A stretch of DNA of 64,000 bases from positions 1 to 64,000 of IMG/VR virus record IMGVR_UViG_2634166429_000001; one strand, written 5' to 3'. This document shows, piece by piece, positions 63,558 through 64,000 of the stretch; within the stretch, counting starts at the first letter, position 1; each line of letters opens with the position of its first letter. This stretch comes from a virus (taxonomy: Duplodnaviria > Caudoviricetes). The notes below the pieces were generated by a model that was given only the letters and a program-made list of their open reading frames with translations, ran no database searches and was not told the DNA's origin. The position numbers were made by a program, and so were the translations under genes.

Positions 63558-63943
63558 TCGTCATCCTCGGGGTCGTCGGCGCATCCGCAGCGGACTCCGC
63601 CCTGATGCTTGGGCGGGTCGGCGGGGACCAGGCGGAGGTTGGGGCAGCCCTCGGGGAAGCCTGGGCATCGCTCGATGGTGGCGACGGCGGGGTACAGGTC
63701 GGGGAAGGCGAAGCAGGCGTTGACGACGTCGGCCAGGATCGCCTTGTTCAGGGGGATCTCTTCGTTCTTCGGGTGCATGCTGCCGCGGACGTAGCCCATG
63801 ACGGCAATGTCTTGGACCAGGGCTCGTTCGCGGGCGGTGAGGTTGTTGAGGAAGTCGCGGATCCTGGCTGTGCGGGCGGCTTCCCGCTTTGTGAAGTAGT
63901 CGGCCAGTTCCGCCGTGACGTGGGGCTCGCGGTAGTCGGTCAA
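63554..63943 (-). CDS. Hypothetical protein
   Basis: TTG start after GGAG. Confidence 0.6.
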   Translation of the reverse strand: MTDYREPHVTAELADYFTKREAARTARIRDFLNNLTARERALVQDIAVMGYVRGSMHPKNEEIPLNKAILADVVNACFAFPDLYPAVATIERCPGFPEGCPNLRLVPADPPKHQGGVRCGCADDPEDDE

Positions 63944-64000
63944 AGTGACTCCAGGGTGGGCTGTAGGTAGAAGAGGGGGATGGTTTCCTGGCCGGGGAGT

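Larger units (their letters stand above)
1..64000. mobile_element. Actinomycete temperate siphovirus / phage-plasmid (partial; no ends visible)
   Basis: Tail and lysis modules together with Rep-DciA-ParAB-parS; no host housekeeping genes seen. Confidence 0.85.

Noticed and set aside
1-64000. tRNA, rRNA or IS elements
   Set aside because: TTCGAATC-like motifs fall inside CDSs without cloverleaf context; no transposase motifs were recognised.

Overview
Very GC-rich actinomycete (most likely Streptomyces) temperate siphovirus that looks like a phage-plasmid, in the manner of the Streptomyces plasmid-phage pZL12. Layout: 0.1-15.5 kb head-tail and tail morphogenesis genes, including a -1 frameshift tail chaperone and a 1757-aa tape measure. 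15.7-20.9 kb a papain-like protease, CHAP endolysin, holin/membrane genes and a collagen-like fibre. 21-35.6 kb an accessory segment bounded by a 46-bp inverted repeat, carrying three tyrosine-recombinase-family genes, a WYL-PP2C operon, a Rad52-like annealase, a C5 DNA methyltransferase and WhiB. 36.5-42.4 kb a plasmid-type replication/partition module (Rep, DciA, SLOG, ParA, ParB, two parS-like palindromes). 43-57 kb early-type genes (PAPS reductase-like, RusA, WhiB, HNH, SSB, DUF1643, LuxR). 57-64 kb mostly leftward genes. The best candidates for undescribed biology are: (1) a secreted pro-peptide ending DTWWG, divergent from a TTA-containing TrmB/LuxR-type regulator and near a secreted metalloprotease, a possible arbitrium-analogous peptide signalling system; (2) five UUGGCG-loop hairpins at 37-nt period in the rep leader, with a predicted counter-transcript and a near-copy hairpin in the HNH leader; (3) the 46-bp inverted sites plus active and dead recombinases next to the replicon; (4) two sets of phage-specific promoter motifs. 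All product calls come from recognising motifs by eye; no database search was run.
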